From Octopus vulgaris (Eukaryota): a stretch of 64,000 bases of DNA. The DNA is taken from NCBI GenBank assembly GCA_951406725.2, contig OX597830.1, positions 41,540,001-41,604,000 of the forward strand, written 5' to 3'. The notes beneath the pieces are model-generated. The model saw nothing but the letters and a program-made list of their open reading frames with translations. It made no database searches and was not told where the DNA came from. The position numbers and the translations under genes are program-made. Below, one piece after another: positions 51,000-64,000 of this stretch (the first letter of the stretch is position 1; each line of letters begins with the position of its first letter).

Positions 51000-51443
51000 G
51001 TAAGTCTTTGTATTGGTATTGTTTTTTCTTCTTATTGCTGTCTTTTTAGAGTTTTTTTTTGCATTAATGAAATTGGTTATAAATTTCCAACGGGTATATT
51101 GCTTACTGCATTTCTGGTAGCAACACTGACAAGAGAGTGTCACTGGACAAGAGAGTGTTTGCTTTCTTACTGATGTTTATATACTTTGCTGATACACATG
51201 GGTCAAGTGTGTGTGTAGAGCTGGAAACCAACTGTTATCATGCAGACCAATGATATAAGACAATCCTGCCATGACTATACCATTTTTTGGTGGGGGCATA
51301 CTAGACTATGTTATACATCGTGTGCTTTTGTTCTTTTAAAGGCTGTTTCAGTGTCATTGAAATAAGTACTAGGTCAATGTAAGAGACTTACCCACCTCTC
51401 TGAAATTGCTGGCCTTCTGCCAAAATTGAGGGTAATATATTTT

Positions 51444-51560
51444 AGAGTGATACCAGAATGGACATAGCCAATCTGAAAGAAGCAGCCCAGGATAGAACTG
51501 ACTGGAGGACACTGATCCATCGAGTAACCGAGAGTCGACTTCGACTGAGCAGATAGATAG
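51444..51560 (+). mobile_element. Short RTE/BovB-like 3' end
   Basis: LKEAAQDRTDWRTLIHRVTESRLRLSR* plus an (AGAT)n tail, flanked by atatattt on both sides. Confidence 0.65.
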
Positions 51561-53699
51561 ATATATTTTACTCTAAATCTGTATTAAGGACTCTCTTTTT
51601 TTTTTTATTCATTTAAATTGATTTATACGATATGTATATTATCATAAAGCTGAAGAGAACATAATCAATGCATTTGAATTGTGGGTTTTATAGAATGCTG
51701 GAAGTCTCTTACAAGAATCATCGGATGAATGAATGGGAATGAGAACAAATAGATGAAAGATGACAACTCCTGAACATTGTCAAAAAAGCAAAGCTCATTT
51801 ATTATGGCCATATTTGAAGTACCAGAAGTTTGGAAGGAAGAGGAGAGAACTGTAGATCAAGAGGCTGGCAAAGAATACAATGGATAGACAATATCAAAAT
51901 CTGGTTGGACAAGAGTGGCAAGGCAGCTGGAGAACTCGCACTTAATTGGGAAGACTTTTGTTGCAGTTTTGTCAAGGTACTGCAGGTGTGCAATACCTGA
52001 TGATAACGATATCATCATCGTTTAACGTCCGTTTTCCGCGCTAGCACGGGTTGGACGGTTCGACCGGGGTCTGGGGAGCCAGGGACTGCCCCAGGCTCCA
52101 GTCTGATCTGGCAGTGTTTCTACAGCTGGATGCCCTTCCTAATGCCAACCACTCCGCGAGTGTAGTGGGTGCTTTTTACGTGCCACCTGCACAGGTGCCA
52201 GAGGGGTCTGGCATCGGCCACAATCGGTTGGTGCTTTTTTTTATGTGCTACCAGCACAGAAGCCAGTCAAGGCGGTGCTGGCATCGGCCACGTTCAGATG
52301 GTGCTTTTTATGTGCCACCGGCACAGAAGCCATTCGAGGCAGGGTTGGCATCGGTCACGTTCGGATGGTGCTTTTTATGTGCCTCCGGCACAGAAGCCAG
52401 TGGAGGCTGCACTGGCAACGGCCACGTTCGGATGGTGCTTTTTATGTGTCACCGGCACAGGTATCACAACTACTGTTTCCATTGATATTTGGTTCGATGT
52501 TCATGTACATGCACTTGACTCAACAGGTCTCCTCAAGCACAGCGATTCACAAAAATCTACTTACATTATATTACTCAATACAAGGGTATGGTAGAACGAC
52601 CTTTACCCAAAGCACCACACATTGGGACTGAGCATGAGACCATGTGGTTGCAAAGTGCCTTGCTTAGCCTCACCACAACCTTTTCAATTTAGCTAATACA
52701 AAACCACTTGAAATATATTCGACAGACCAGACTATGCCTATTATGATTTCACACTTGTTTACACATTTATGAAATCAAGCATGCTGTTGTAGGTTTACCT
52801 CATATTTGGTACACTGTAAAAATACATTGGACCATTTATGCATCACAAACAATTTTTCTTAATGGATTCTTCATGTCTATTCATAACTGATAATGCTTCA
52901 GTACACCTGTTGATTGATGACAACAAAGGCTTCTAAAAATAGCAGTCACTTTTACTTCAAACAACCCTATTTTTTTTTTTCTTTCATAAAAAAAGAGTAA
53001 ACAAAACCAATATTAGGTAGTGAGTATCATCTAAGTTACAACATGCTTGAGAAAGAAAATGGTATGGTCATGATTGGAATGTCTTTCGTTGTAAACCTGT
53101 TCGATAAGGGTTGGCTTGGAGTTAAGTAACAGCAATCACTGACAACAGTAACAGCTTTATTGTTCTTGTTTAATTCTAGACCAACCCTGATTGAGTAAAC
53201 TTGTGGGGAAAACACACACATACACACACACACAGAGACGTTCCAGGTTATGTCTAATGTCCTTCTCTTTTTTTTTTTCTTTTACAACACTAATGTGTGA
53301 TTGAAAAGATTTCGCTGCTGTTTCTAGCCAGTTGAAAGTAACCACAAAACAACTTCTTTTATTATTGTTGTATTAACTTCATTAGTAGCATTATCATCGA
53401 CATCATCATCATCATCTTTAATAGCAGTATCACCATCATCATCACCACTACCACCACCACCTTTATTATTTTTCTTCTCTTACTTTCCTTCTCCTCTTAC
53501 CTTCTTTCTCTTCCCTTCCTTCTCCTCCTCCCTTCCTTCTTCTTCTTCTTCAGTCACATTGGCCATCATTGTTGAAATCCTCTTCCCCATCAGCATTATC
53601 TCCAGCACACACTGAATGAGTTCACTGCAAGGCAGGGATAAGAATGAGTGTTGCAAAGACTGAGACATTGATCCTCGGAAGAAATTCTTCATATTGCAT

Positions 53700-54330
53700 T
53701 CTGCATGTTAGTGGAACATCCTTGAAGCTAGTGAAGAAGTTTAAATATCTTGGGACCAATGTTCACGAGTAATGGAAGGCAGGAAGCTTAATTGGATGCT
53801 AGAATTACAGTAAAGCACCAGCTCCTTAATTCGATGCTCAGAAGAGGAGAAGTTGGCAAAATAGCCAAACTCCTTATCTTCAATTTGGTTTTCATACCTA
53901 TTCTTCCTAAGTATAATGACTGAAAGATCATGAATACAAATGGCAGAAACGGGGTTCCTCCAGAGAATTTCTGGAGTGATGTTACTTAGCAGGGTACGCG
54001 AGTATGGAGATCAGGGAGTCTCTCCAGGTCAAACTATGTCTCTGCATTGAGAGGTCACATTTCCAGGACTACGGATGTATGATTAAAATGTCATAGGAAA
54101 AATTCCCAAGATGGATTCAAAACCAGGCCATGCTGTAGGATGTCTAAAGAAAGACCAAAAACAAAATGGTTGGATAATATCCATTATCTCAGTTGCTCAT
54201 GCTTGGGAATCCAAGAAGAAAGTCTAATGATGACTGCTTCTGAGAGAACCCTAAAGAGGAGGTGTTTGAGGAATCTACCTCAATGATACTCTAAGGAATA
54301 GTAGGCAGAGGAAATGGATGGATGGATTAT
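53700..54330 (+). mobile_element. Old RTE-like LINE fragment
   Basis: VKKFKYLG and MAETGFLQRISGV remnants, (GGAT)n tail. Similar decayed pieces at about 51640-52000 and 58820-59040. Confidence 0.55.
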
Positions 54331-55267
54331 GTTTGTCACCATCTTCATGATCTGCATCATCCATTGTTTTCTATATTGCTGTGGGTTGGATAAGTCTGCT
54401 ATACAGTATATCGCGATACTGCAAAATCTCATTTGTGAAGTTAAATAGTTTTAAGTCTCAACTATTTCCCTTGGTGCAAAGACCTTCATATCCAGTGTGT
54501 GTGAGTTATGTAAGTAGTTGTGAAGAGGAAGAAGTAGAAATATAGATGCAGAGATTAGAACAGCAAACCTCCCTCTATACATAACAAGTGTTTCAGATGC
54601 AAGTGATTTGTGCTGGAACAATATGACATTCACTCAACAATCATACAAATTCTAATACCTTATGCTAATTGTTTAGAAGCTCTTTCAATTCAAATCACAC
54701 ATTAAAACAAATACAAATATTTTGGTATATTTCTTGCATAAAATCAAAAACTGCATTAAATGGTATTTTGTAGTTTAGTTTATTATTTTCATGGTACCCC
54801 CAATTTACTGCAGTGCACATTTTGGTAACCATTACTCTTGAACTACTCTCACCTTAAAAGTTTGTTTAGCTTTGTGTTGGTTTTTGGCCTTTTAAAACCC
54901 TTTTGCTACCAACCTACCCTGAAACTGCCCCTCTGGCTCTATAATACAGACTTCAGTTTTAAAGGCATCTAAATTAAAACCTTCCATCAAGATTTCCTTT
55001 TAATTTATGTTCCAGATACTAGCTTTGTCTTTTATCTTTTACTTGTTTCAGTCATGGCTCATGCTGGAGCACCATTTTGAATGGTTAAGTCAAATAAATC
55101 AATTCCAGTACATTTTTTTTAAAGTCTGGTACTCACTCTGCTGGTCTCTTTGGCCAGTCTGCTAATTTATGAAGACATAAATAAACCAACACCAGTTGTC
55201 AAGCAATGGGGACACACACAGATAAAAGCACAGGCAATCATACACATGTATAGACATGTACATATTT

Positions 55268-55410
55268 GGGCCTTACGGAGGCAAAATGGCTGAGTTCTTC
55301 TCGAGAATAGGGCCTGACGGAGGCAGAGTCGCTGAGTTCCTTTCGAGCATTGGGCCTGATGGAGGCAGGGTGCCCAAGTTTCTTTCGAGTGTTGGGCCCC
55401 ATGGAGGCAA
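55268..55410 (+). repeat. 42-bp minisatellite, about 3.4 units
   Basis: gggcc...ggaggca units start at 55268, 55310, 55352 and 55394, adjacent to an RTE 3' end. Confidence 0.85.
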
Positions 55411-56397
55411 TGACCAAGACTTTTGGCATTATGTCATACTTGAGAAGAAGACCCATCAAACTGAACAAAATCGCAGTCATGGAAGATACCGATGTCACAC
55501 AAATTAGCACCCATATTGGTGGCATGTAAACACACCCCGGTGTCACGCAAATGGCATGTAAAAGTTCCCAATACAATCTCAGAATGGTTGGCATTAGGAA
55601 GGGTATCTAGCCTTAGAAAACGATGCCAAATCTGACTGGGGTCTGGTGCAGCCTTCCAGCGTGCCAGCCCAGTCAAACCGTCCAACCCATGCCAGAATGG
55701 AATGGACAACGGACGTTAAGTGGTGGTGGTGGTGGTGGTAGTGGTTGTTGTTGTGTTTTTTTTTGTTTTTTTTCCCATCTATGAAACTCATCCACAAGGT
55801 ATTTGTTGGCTCAGATCCATAGCGGAAGACACTTACTCAAAGTGTCACACAGTTTCAGGATTGAACTTGAAACCATATGGTTGTAATATGAGCTTCTTAA
55901 CCACACAGCCATGCCCATACCTATAAAAATTGCGAGAAATGGGTTAATCTGTCACAGAAAACACCTCAAGTCATGGCTAAGTTAATGACATATTACACTG
56001 AGAAAAAAATGCCTGCTATGTTATTACTATGTTTGGGAAAGACATTTATCTAATGGGATCAGTTCACTGAAGCGTAAGATATAAATAGATCGTAGTTTCA
56101 TACCAGCTGAAGGATTTTGGAGAGGTATTAAAGCATGGTACAAAATACCTTGTTGGTATTTTAATCCTATCCCTTTTACATAATGAGTTAAAATCCTGCC
56201 ATGGTAAACTTTTACCCTTTCATCCTGCTAATGAAATAAAATATGAATCAAGTAACCAAAGGGCTACATCTTCCTACAAAGCATTTTAGATGTGAACGGT
56301 ATCATAATAGAAAATAAAGATTAGCTATGACAGAGTGGACAAACAAGTCTATGATTAAAAGCATCTGTCTATGATCATGCTGTTGTTTCTTGTGAAA

Positions 56398-56627
56398 GGC
56401 GGCGAGCTGGCAGAAACGTTAGCACGCCGGGCGAAATGCTTAGCGGTATTTCGTCTGCGTTACGTTGTGAGTTCAAATTCCGCCGAGGTCGACTTTGCCT
56501 TTCATCCTTTCGGGGTCGATAAATTAAGTACCAGTTACGAACTGGGGTCGATGTAATCGACTTAATATCTATGTCTGTCCTTGTTTGTCCCCTCTGTGTT
56601 TAGCCCCTTGTGGGTAATAAAGAAATA
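56398..56627 (+). mobile_element. tRNA-derived SINE family A, best-preserved copy
   Basis: A-box tggcagaaacgttag, B-box gagttcaaatt, core gcctttcatcctttcggggtcgataaa, 17-bp TSD tgttgtttcttgtgaaa. Others at about 10758, 26685, 41851, 42105, 44735, 44975, 45270 (+) and 32300, 37620, 38240, 44068, 49920, 50170, 50385, 57066, 61995, 62235 (-). Confidence 0.92.
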
Positions 56628-57916
56628 TGTTGTTTCTTGTGAAATAATGTATCACAGACAACATAATCTACTGTGTCCTTTTATGAGACAGTACAAAGGG
56701 TATTGTTGAGGGGTATTTAGCTGCTGTTTCTAGCAGCCAACTATCTGTCAAGCACCCATACAAATACTCCCTCATTGGCTTTCAAACAGATACTCAGTAT
56801 GGTTCCTGGTAGTACTGAATGATTTGTGAGTCTTATGAGAATGAACAAGGACTATGAAGAAATACTCATTGTGGATCTGTTTGAACTTGCCGTTCCAAAG
56901 CAGAATCAATATGGCTGACTGAATCAAAACATTTAGGAACTATGAAATACCAAATAAAAAGACAGACATGACACACAAGAAAGTATGGCATCAACCCATC
57001 CATCCATCTTTTCTGCCCACTATTCCTAGGAGGGTCCAATGGGTAGAGTCCTCAAGCACCTCTTCTTATTTCTTTATTGCCTATAAGGGGCTAAACATAA
57101 AGGAGACAAACAAGGACAGACAAAGGGATTATGTCAATTACATCGACCCCAGTGCATAACTGGTACTTAATTTATCAGCCCTGAAAGGATGAAAAGCAAA
57201 GTTGACCTCGGTAGAATTTGAACTCAGAACGTAGTGGCAGACGAAATACCGCTAAGCATTTTGCCCGGCGTGCTAACAATTCTGCCAGCTCGCCACCTCT
57301 TCTGTAAGGTAGTACCGTCATCATCATTTAACATCCGTTTTCCATGCTGGCATGGGTTGGTTGACCTGAGTGAAAACTGGTAAGCCAGGGAGCTGTACTA
57401 GCTTCCAATCTGATTTGGCAAAGTTTCTACAGCTGGATACCCTCCCTAATGCCAACCACTCTGAGAGTGTAGCAGGTGTATTTTACGTGCCACCAGCATG
57501 GGTGTCATTTACCTGACACCAACATCAGCCACACCTACGGTCTCACTTGGTTTTACAGTCTACACAGCATAGTATATTGCCAAAGGTCTTGATCACTTGT
57601 CACTGCCTCCATGAGGCCCAACACTTGAACAGTGCTTTTTACATGCTGCCAGCACAGATGCCAGTCAGATGGCACTGGTATCGGCCACAACTATGAATTC
57701 ACTCAGCTCAACAGGTGTTCACAAGCACATCATATCACTCAACGATTGAAGGGTGCTTTTAACGGGTCGGTTACACGGCACTGTCATCAGCCACAACTCT
57801 GATCTCACTTGGCTTGATGGGTCTTCTCAATTATGGTATATCACCAAAGGTCTCAGTCACTTGTCATTGCCCAACATTTGGAGATAGCACTTTAACATCT
57901 CGTCCTATGTCTTCCT

Positions 57917-58612
57917 TGAGGCTTGTTCGAGAGATTGTGTAGGTCTTTACCTCATTGAGGCCAAGACTGAATATATAAACAAGTGCCTGTCCAACAGTGA
58001 TTGCATCATCCATACTCTCAACAATGCGCCCTTAAATATGGTTTCTGATTACAAATATCTTGGGTCATACATATCATCATCTGGAAAAGATTTTCTAACT
58101 AGAAAGGGTATGGCCTGGTCAGCCTGTAATGACATGCATAAGATCTGGTCATCAAATCTAAGTAGAGACTTCAAACTTGAAATCTTCAAAGCCACAGTCG
58201 AACCAATTCTACTATATGGCTCAGAAACCTGGACGTTATCAAAGAAGCCTGAGAGGCAGTTGGATGGAACTTACACCCGCCTCCTTATGAGTGCTCAAAA
58301 TCTCTCGTGGAAGCACCATCCAACCAAAATGCAAATATATGGGAAACTACCACCTGTGTCATCTCTTGTGAAAGGTAGGAGAGTCCAGTTTGCTGGACAT
58401 TGTTGTATAGCTGAAAAAGTGTTAATTTCTACTCTTCTCCTCTGGAAGCCATCTACTCGCAATACCAGAGGGCGCACACTCTCCTACCCTGATGTAATCT
58501 CCAGGGATACAGGCATCCAGCAACAGGACCTCCGTAATACCATGATGGACTGTGAAGTTTGGCGTAGCATGGTAAATTCCATTGTCTCGACCACGGTCGA
58601 ACAATGATGATG
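57917..58612 (+). mobile_element. Second RTE-like LINE 3' fragment nested in an RTE copy
   Basis: YKYLGS...LLYGSETWTL ORF, (TGA)n tail, 10-bp TSD atgtcttcct (57907-57916 and 58613-58622). Confidence 0.9.
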
Positions 58613-59191
58613 ATGTCTTCCTGGATCTACCTCTTCCACAGGTTCCCTCCACCATTAGAGTGCGACACTTCTTCATGAGCTGTCCTCATCCATACACATC
58701 ACACGACCATACCAGCACAGTCAACTCTCTTGCACACTGTATTTAATGCCTCTTATGCCCAACTTTTCTCTCTGGACACTAACACTCTGTCATGCATGCA
58801 CACTGACATTACGCATCAGAGGTAGCTACCACTACACCTTCTGACTGGTTTCCCAAGTTTGACCAACTGAGACTATGGATATTATCCAACCATGCCATTC
58901 TAGGTCTGCCCAGTAGAATAAATATCATATGACTTGGCTTGAAGAATCTGTCTAGGAATTCTTTTCAGATACATTCTCATCATATGTCCCTAATACCAAT
59001 GAGAAGCAACAGCTTGACTGGAGAGACTCCCTGATTTCTGAGCTATGCATGCTTTGAAATATAGCAAAAAAAAGGCCATTGATCTGGGAAACCTTACAGT
59101 GTTCGGTTTCATCTTTCTGTTTTGAATTTGAGATATGCTACAGTTGGTTTTTACATTTCATCTCTTCAAGAGTCTGTGATGTGAGCATTAA

Positions 59192-59299
59192 CCTTTAGCA
59201 CATTGCATTTTCTCTAGAAGTGTTGCCCCTGCCACTGCCCTGTTACTACAGGGGAGAAAATTCATATGGTGACATAATGCACCTACAGTGTGCTAAAGG
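59192..59299. mobile_element. Short TTAA MITE (108 bp)
   Basis: ttaa|cctttagcaca...tgtgctaaagg|ttaa, perfect 11-bp TIR. Confidence 0.8.
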
Positions 59300-61267
59300 T
59301 TAAGCATATTCTTGGAGTAAAGGGGCCAAGTGTTTTGCTCAATGATGTCAGTTAGGATTTCCTACATAGGCATCAGACATATCAGAAATGAAACTATGTT
59401 TGTATGATTTCCTGGGTGCAGACTTGGCTGTGTCGTTAAGAAGCACATGTTAAAACCACATAGCTTTGGGTTTAGTTTCATTGCATTGCACCTTGGATAA
59501 GTTTCTTCTATTATAGCCCTGGGCCAAGCAATACCTTCTGAGTGAATTCAGTTGGTGGAAACTGTGTGGAATCCCATCTTATGTGTGTGTGTATTCTTTG
59601 TATGTGTTTGCCACTCCTCCTCACTAACCTTTGACAACCAATGTTGGTTTGTTTATATCCCTATAACTTGGCAATTTGGCTAAAGAGAATAAGTACTTGG
59701 CTTAAAAAACAAATTCTGAGAGAAATTTGTTCAACTAAAATCTTCAAGGTGGTGCCCCAACATGGTCACAGTCCTATGACTGAAACAAGTAAAAGATGGC
59801 CAGTTTATACTGATGCAGTCATAATTTGTTGAGCCCCCTTTGTGATTATCCCTGTATTACCATGACAGAGTATTGAACTTGCCTATTGTTGGTTGCTATG
59901 GTTAATTTTGTCAAATATATCAGTTCTTTGTTAATTTTGTTGACTCCTGGAATGCCAATTTAAGATGTGTTACTTACATTGCTAAAGTAAATGTAAAGAC
60001 AACAAAAATTTACAAGTTATTCCATTTCCCATCACTTAAAATTTTAATAGGGAAACATCTGTCGTCACTTGGCCTATGAGAGATTGAAGCCTAATTCCAT
60101 TCAAATCACACCTTACTTGTCTTTTAAGAGAAAGACAAATAGTTAAGAGAAAGAAATTAGAGGAGGATTACAGCTAGAGCACTTTTGATCATAAGTGTAT
60201 TAATGTAAGGCTAACCTGCATATAGTACACACACACACATGCGCGCTAAAAGGAAACAGTTCAACCATTTGGTTTGGGTCTTATCAACAACAACAACGGC
60301 ATTAGACACTACTGCTGACTCAGTTTTTCTAGCAGGTGGTTTATCTAATAGGTGGGGCTTCTATTCAATTATCTAATTGTTATAACTAATTGTTATACTG
60401 ATAAAAATAAATCTACATTATTCATACTTTATAAGTGCGTAAGTTTAGCTAAACTATACCAGAAACTCTTTACAGCAACAAATTCATTTTAATGTTCACT
60501 TTCCAATAAATTTAAATCATTATTTTTATTGTATGAATTCATTGTTTATTTTTTCATTTGTAAATATGAACCACAAAAGTGAGGGCGACCACAGAAAACA
60601 TGGAAGGGACAGGTGGAAGAGATTGGGAAGGTTGACTTGAGGAGGGAGGATGCCCAAAACTGGGCAAGATAGTGTGAGAGCAGTTGCTGTAAGAGTGAGG
60701 TAGATCCAGCCGCCCGTGTTAACAGGGACAAACCTGGAATTAAAATATTGGACATCAATCGAAATTTGACTAAACCAGGCAAAGGGATAGCCTTGTGAGT
60801 GGATTTGCTAAAGGGAAACCGTGTAGAAACTGTCACGAAATATATACATGTGTGTTGTGTGTGTGTGTGTTCCAGCACTGCTTGACAACTGGTGTTGGAT
60901 CATTTATGTCCTTGAATTTAAGGATTTGGCAGATGAAACCAGCAGAATAAGTACCAGATTTTACAAAAGTAATCTATCTATCTGCTCAGTCAAAGTCGGC
61001 TCTTGGTTACTCAATGGATCAGTGTTCTCCTGCCAGTTCTGTCCTGGGTCACTTCTTTCACCAGGGTGAATTTGTTTGACTAAACTTTTCAAGGCAGTGC
61101 CCCAGCATGGCCATAGTTTAATGACTAAAACAAGTAGAGGATAATAGATCAACTATATCAGAAACTGATCAATAACAACTCTATTAATTAATTTTATTAA
61201 TTAAAAAAAAAAAAACTTGAAATATTTTTCTTTGAATTAATTTGTCTTTTATTCTTATTTTCTCCAG

Positions 61268-61372
61268 AAATACTCAAAACTTCTCAAATCCAAACCAGCA
61301 CCAGACAGTACTTTCACTAAAGTTGACCAACCTTCAGACCATGATTCATACTGCCAGTGCCATAGAAAGAAG
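61268..61372 (+). CDS. POGLUT2: POGLUT2/3-like penultimate coding exon
   Basis: Acceptor tttctccag, donor AAG|gtatta, phase 0/0. KYSKLLKSKPAPDSTFTKVDQPSDHDSYCQCHRKK; CxCHRKK directly precedes the KDEL tail in this family. Confidence 0.9.
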
Positions 61373-62842
61373 GTATTATTGTCTTTACTTCATTTGTGTG
61401 ACTGTTACTAATAATATTCAGCTTCTCTACTACCATGACATTAGTTATTTAAGTAGAAGCAGATGTAAATTGGAAAACAGTAGAAAGATCAGTTAACATC
61501 ATCATCACCTTCTTTATGTCCATATTTCCATGCTTGCATGGGTTGGGCAGAGTTTATTGAGGTGGATTTTTTTTTATGGCTGGATGCCCTTCCTGACACC
61601 AACCCTTACCTGATTCCAAGTAAGGTAGTATCTCTCCATGGCCAGACATGATTTCATAGAAGGTTAGAAATGAATGACACCGCTTGTATGACAGTGACAC
61701 TCATTTACAACTATCATGTGATATCATGGCAAGGAGACAGTAACAAATCACTCTCAAACCATGTTGTATTGTCGTAGAAAGGAAACACAATGTAGTCCTA
61801 GTAAACTGTAAGCATCCAAATTAGTCTTGTGGAACCCACTGCATGGTGATGTAAGAAGAGGGAAACCTCATCACATTTCCATCGGTTGCAAACACTGGCC
61901 TGGAATGTATCCAGGGCCTTGAGGCAGTGATGATGGACCGAGAAGTGTGACAGGTGGACTCTGTTGCTGAAGCCTGGATTGGAACCCAGCCATAATCTCT
62001 TCTACTCTAGGCACAAGGCCCAACATTTTGGGGGGAGGAGGCCAGTCAATTAGATCAATCCCAGTATGCAACTGGTGCTTAATTTATCAACCCCGAAAGG
62101 AAGAAAGGCAAAGTTGACCTTGGCAGCATTTGAACTCAGAACATAAAGACAGATGAAATACTGCTAAGCATTTCACCCGGCGTGCTAACATTTCTGCCAG
62201 CTCACCACTTTTTTAAATATGTAGATATTTTTATATTCTTTTCTACTCTAACCACAAGGCCCAAAATTTTGGGGGAGGGTCCAGTTGATTATATGCAACT
62301 GGTACTTAATTTATTGATCCCGAAAGGATGAAAAGCAAAGTCAACCTTGGCGGAATTTGAACTCAGAATGTAGCAACAGGTGAAATACTGCTAAGCATTC
62401 CGTCCAGTATGCTGACATTTCTGCCAGCTCACCACAGATATACGAAAAGACAGAATAGCCAGGACTGAAACACTTCTGATCATAAGTCTGCTTAACCTCG
62501 TTTGGTTTGGGTCTTATCAACAACAACAACGGCATTAGACACTACTGCTGACTCAGTTGACTATAATACACCACCTCTACAACAATGGGCCTTGTGTGTG
62601 GTGAATGAAAGAAGTTTTCGGCTGAACACTATATCTTTACCTTTTACTTGTTTCAGTCATTGGACTGCAGCCATGCTGGGGCACCACCTTGAAGTGTTTA
62701 GTCAAACAAATCAACTCCGATGCTTATTTTTAAGCTTGATACTTATTCTGTCAATGTAATTTGCTGAACCACTATGTTACAAGGATGTAAACAAACCACC
62801 ACTTGTTGTCAGGCAGTTATGGGAGACAATCGCAAAGACAAT

Positions 62843-62891
<49 letters not shown>

Positions 62892-63571
62892 ACACACACA
62901 CACCTTATGACTTGGAGTTCTGTCTCACTGCATGGCATCTTGGGAAAATGAAGTAGATTTGGTAGGCGGAAACTGAAAGAAGCCTGTCGTATGTATATGT
63001 GTGTGTTCGCATGTACCCTTCTCTTGACTTCATAGTTGTAAACAAGCACCACTGTCACACAAGTGACACTATTTCCAGTCATCTATGAAAGACTTGTCCA
63101 GCCTTGGGAAAATGTTACTTTGCTGGGAAGCAGGTGAGGGTTAGCAACAACAAGAGTAGAATATCTACCTCAACAAATTCCATCTGACCCAGGCAATCAT
63201 GGAAAAGTTAAAACAATTATGATGTTCTACTTAATACTAAGTATTCAAATGCAAGGAAAGAGCTAGAACCTGTTCTGTTGGTTTTGCAAACTTTGTAACA
63301 GTAAACAGAGAAGCACACAGTGTCATTTAAGTTCTATTTCCCAAGTTGGTCTGAGAAAAATTGTTTTTAGTAAAATTTTTAACTTATGACAATGACATCA
63401 GTGTGAAGGCTCATGGCTTAGTGGTTAGGGTAATTGGCTCACAATTGTAAGGTTGTGAGTTCAGTTCCCAGCAGCACATTGTGTCCTTGAGCAAGACACT
63501 TTATTTCATGTGGTCCCAGTCCACTCAGCTGGCAAAAATGGCTTGTACTTGTAATTCAAAGGGCTGATCTT

Positions 63572-63801
63572 ATTTTTTTATTGCCCACAAGGGGCTAAAC
63601 ATAGAGGGGACAAACAAGGACAGACAAAGGGATTAAGCCGATTACAACGACTCCAGTGCATAACTGGTACTTAATTTATTGACCCCGAAAGGATGAAAGG
63701 CAAAGTCGGCCTCGGCGGAATTTGAACCCAGAATGTAATGGCAGACGAAATACCACTAAGCATTTCGCCCAGCGTGCTAACGTTTCTACCATCTCGACGC
63801 C
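63572..63801 (-). mobile_element. SINE family A nested in a family C SINE
   Basis: 17-bp TSD ttcaaagggctgatctt (63555-63571 and 63802-63818). The host SINE spans about 63408-63975. Confidence 0.9.
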
Positions 63802-64000
63802 TTCAAAGGGCTGATCTTGTCACATTCTGTGTCAAGCTGAATCTCCTTGAGAATTATGTTAAAGGTACACTTGTCTGTGGAGTGCTCAGCCACTTGCATG
63901 TTAACTTCACGAGCAGTCTGTTCCATTAATCGGATCAACTGGAAAACCTTCATCTTCATAACCAACGGAGTATCAGTTAAGTTAATGACATCAGTAGCCC

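Noticed and set aside
56398-56485. tRNA genes at A-box/B-box sequences
   Set aside because: They are SINE heads continuing into core and tail with TSDs, and they do not form a full cloverleaf.

Overview
AT-rich, repeat-dense eukaryotic genomic DNA. The SINE/LINE repertoire and the microsatellite load look like an octopus (coleoid cephalopod) genome; that assignment is an inference. The window lies inside one + strand gene, a POGLUT2/3 (KDELC) protein O-glucosyltransferase. I read seven in-phase coding exons (26377-61372, 435 codons); the signal-peptide exon and the final ER-retention (KDEL-type) exon were not found and are probably outside the window. One intron uses a GC donor. One acceptor is triplicated, creating two AG|GTTAGT decoy or recursive-like sites. 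The long intron before the first visible exon holds a nearly full-length CsRn1-type Ty3/gypsy element nested in a SINE. It has near-identical LTRs, a 4-bp TSD, a tRNA-Trp PBS, a G GGA AAC -1 frameshift site with a predicted pseudoknot, and a palindromic NRF1/ETS cassette in the LTR. The rest is decayed mobile DNA: an older gypsy, RTE, R4/Dong-like and Tx1-like LINEs, Helitrons, TTAA MITEs, a mariner, three tRNA-derived SINE families, a 168-bp palindrome and degenerate hammerhead-like motifs. All alignments were done by eye and no database searches were run.
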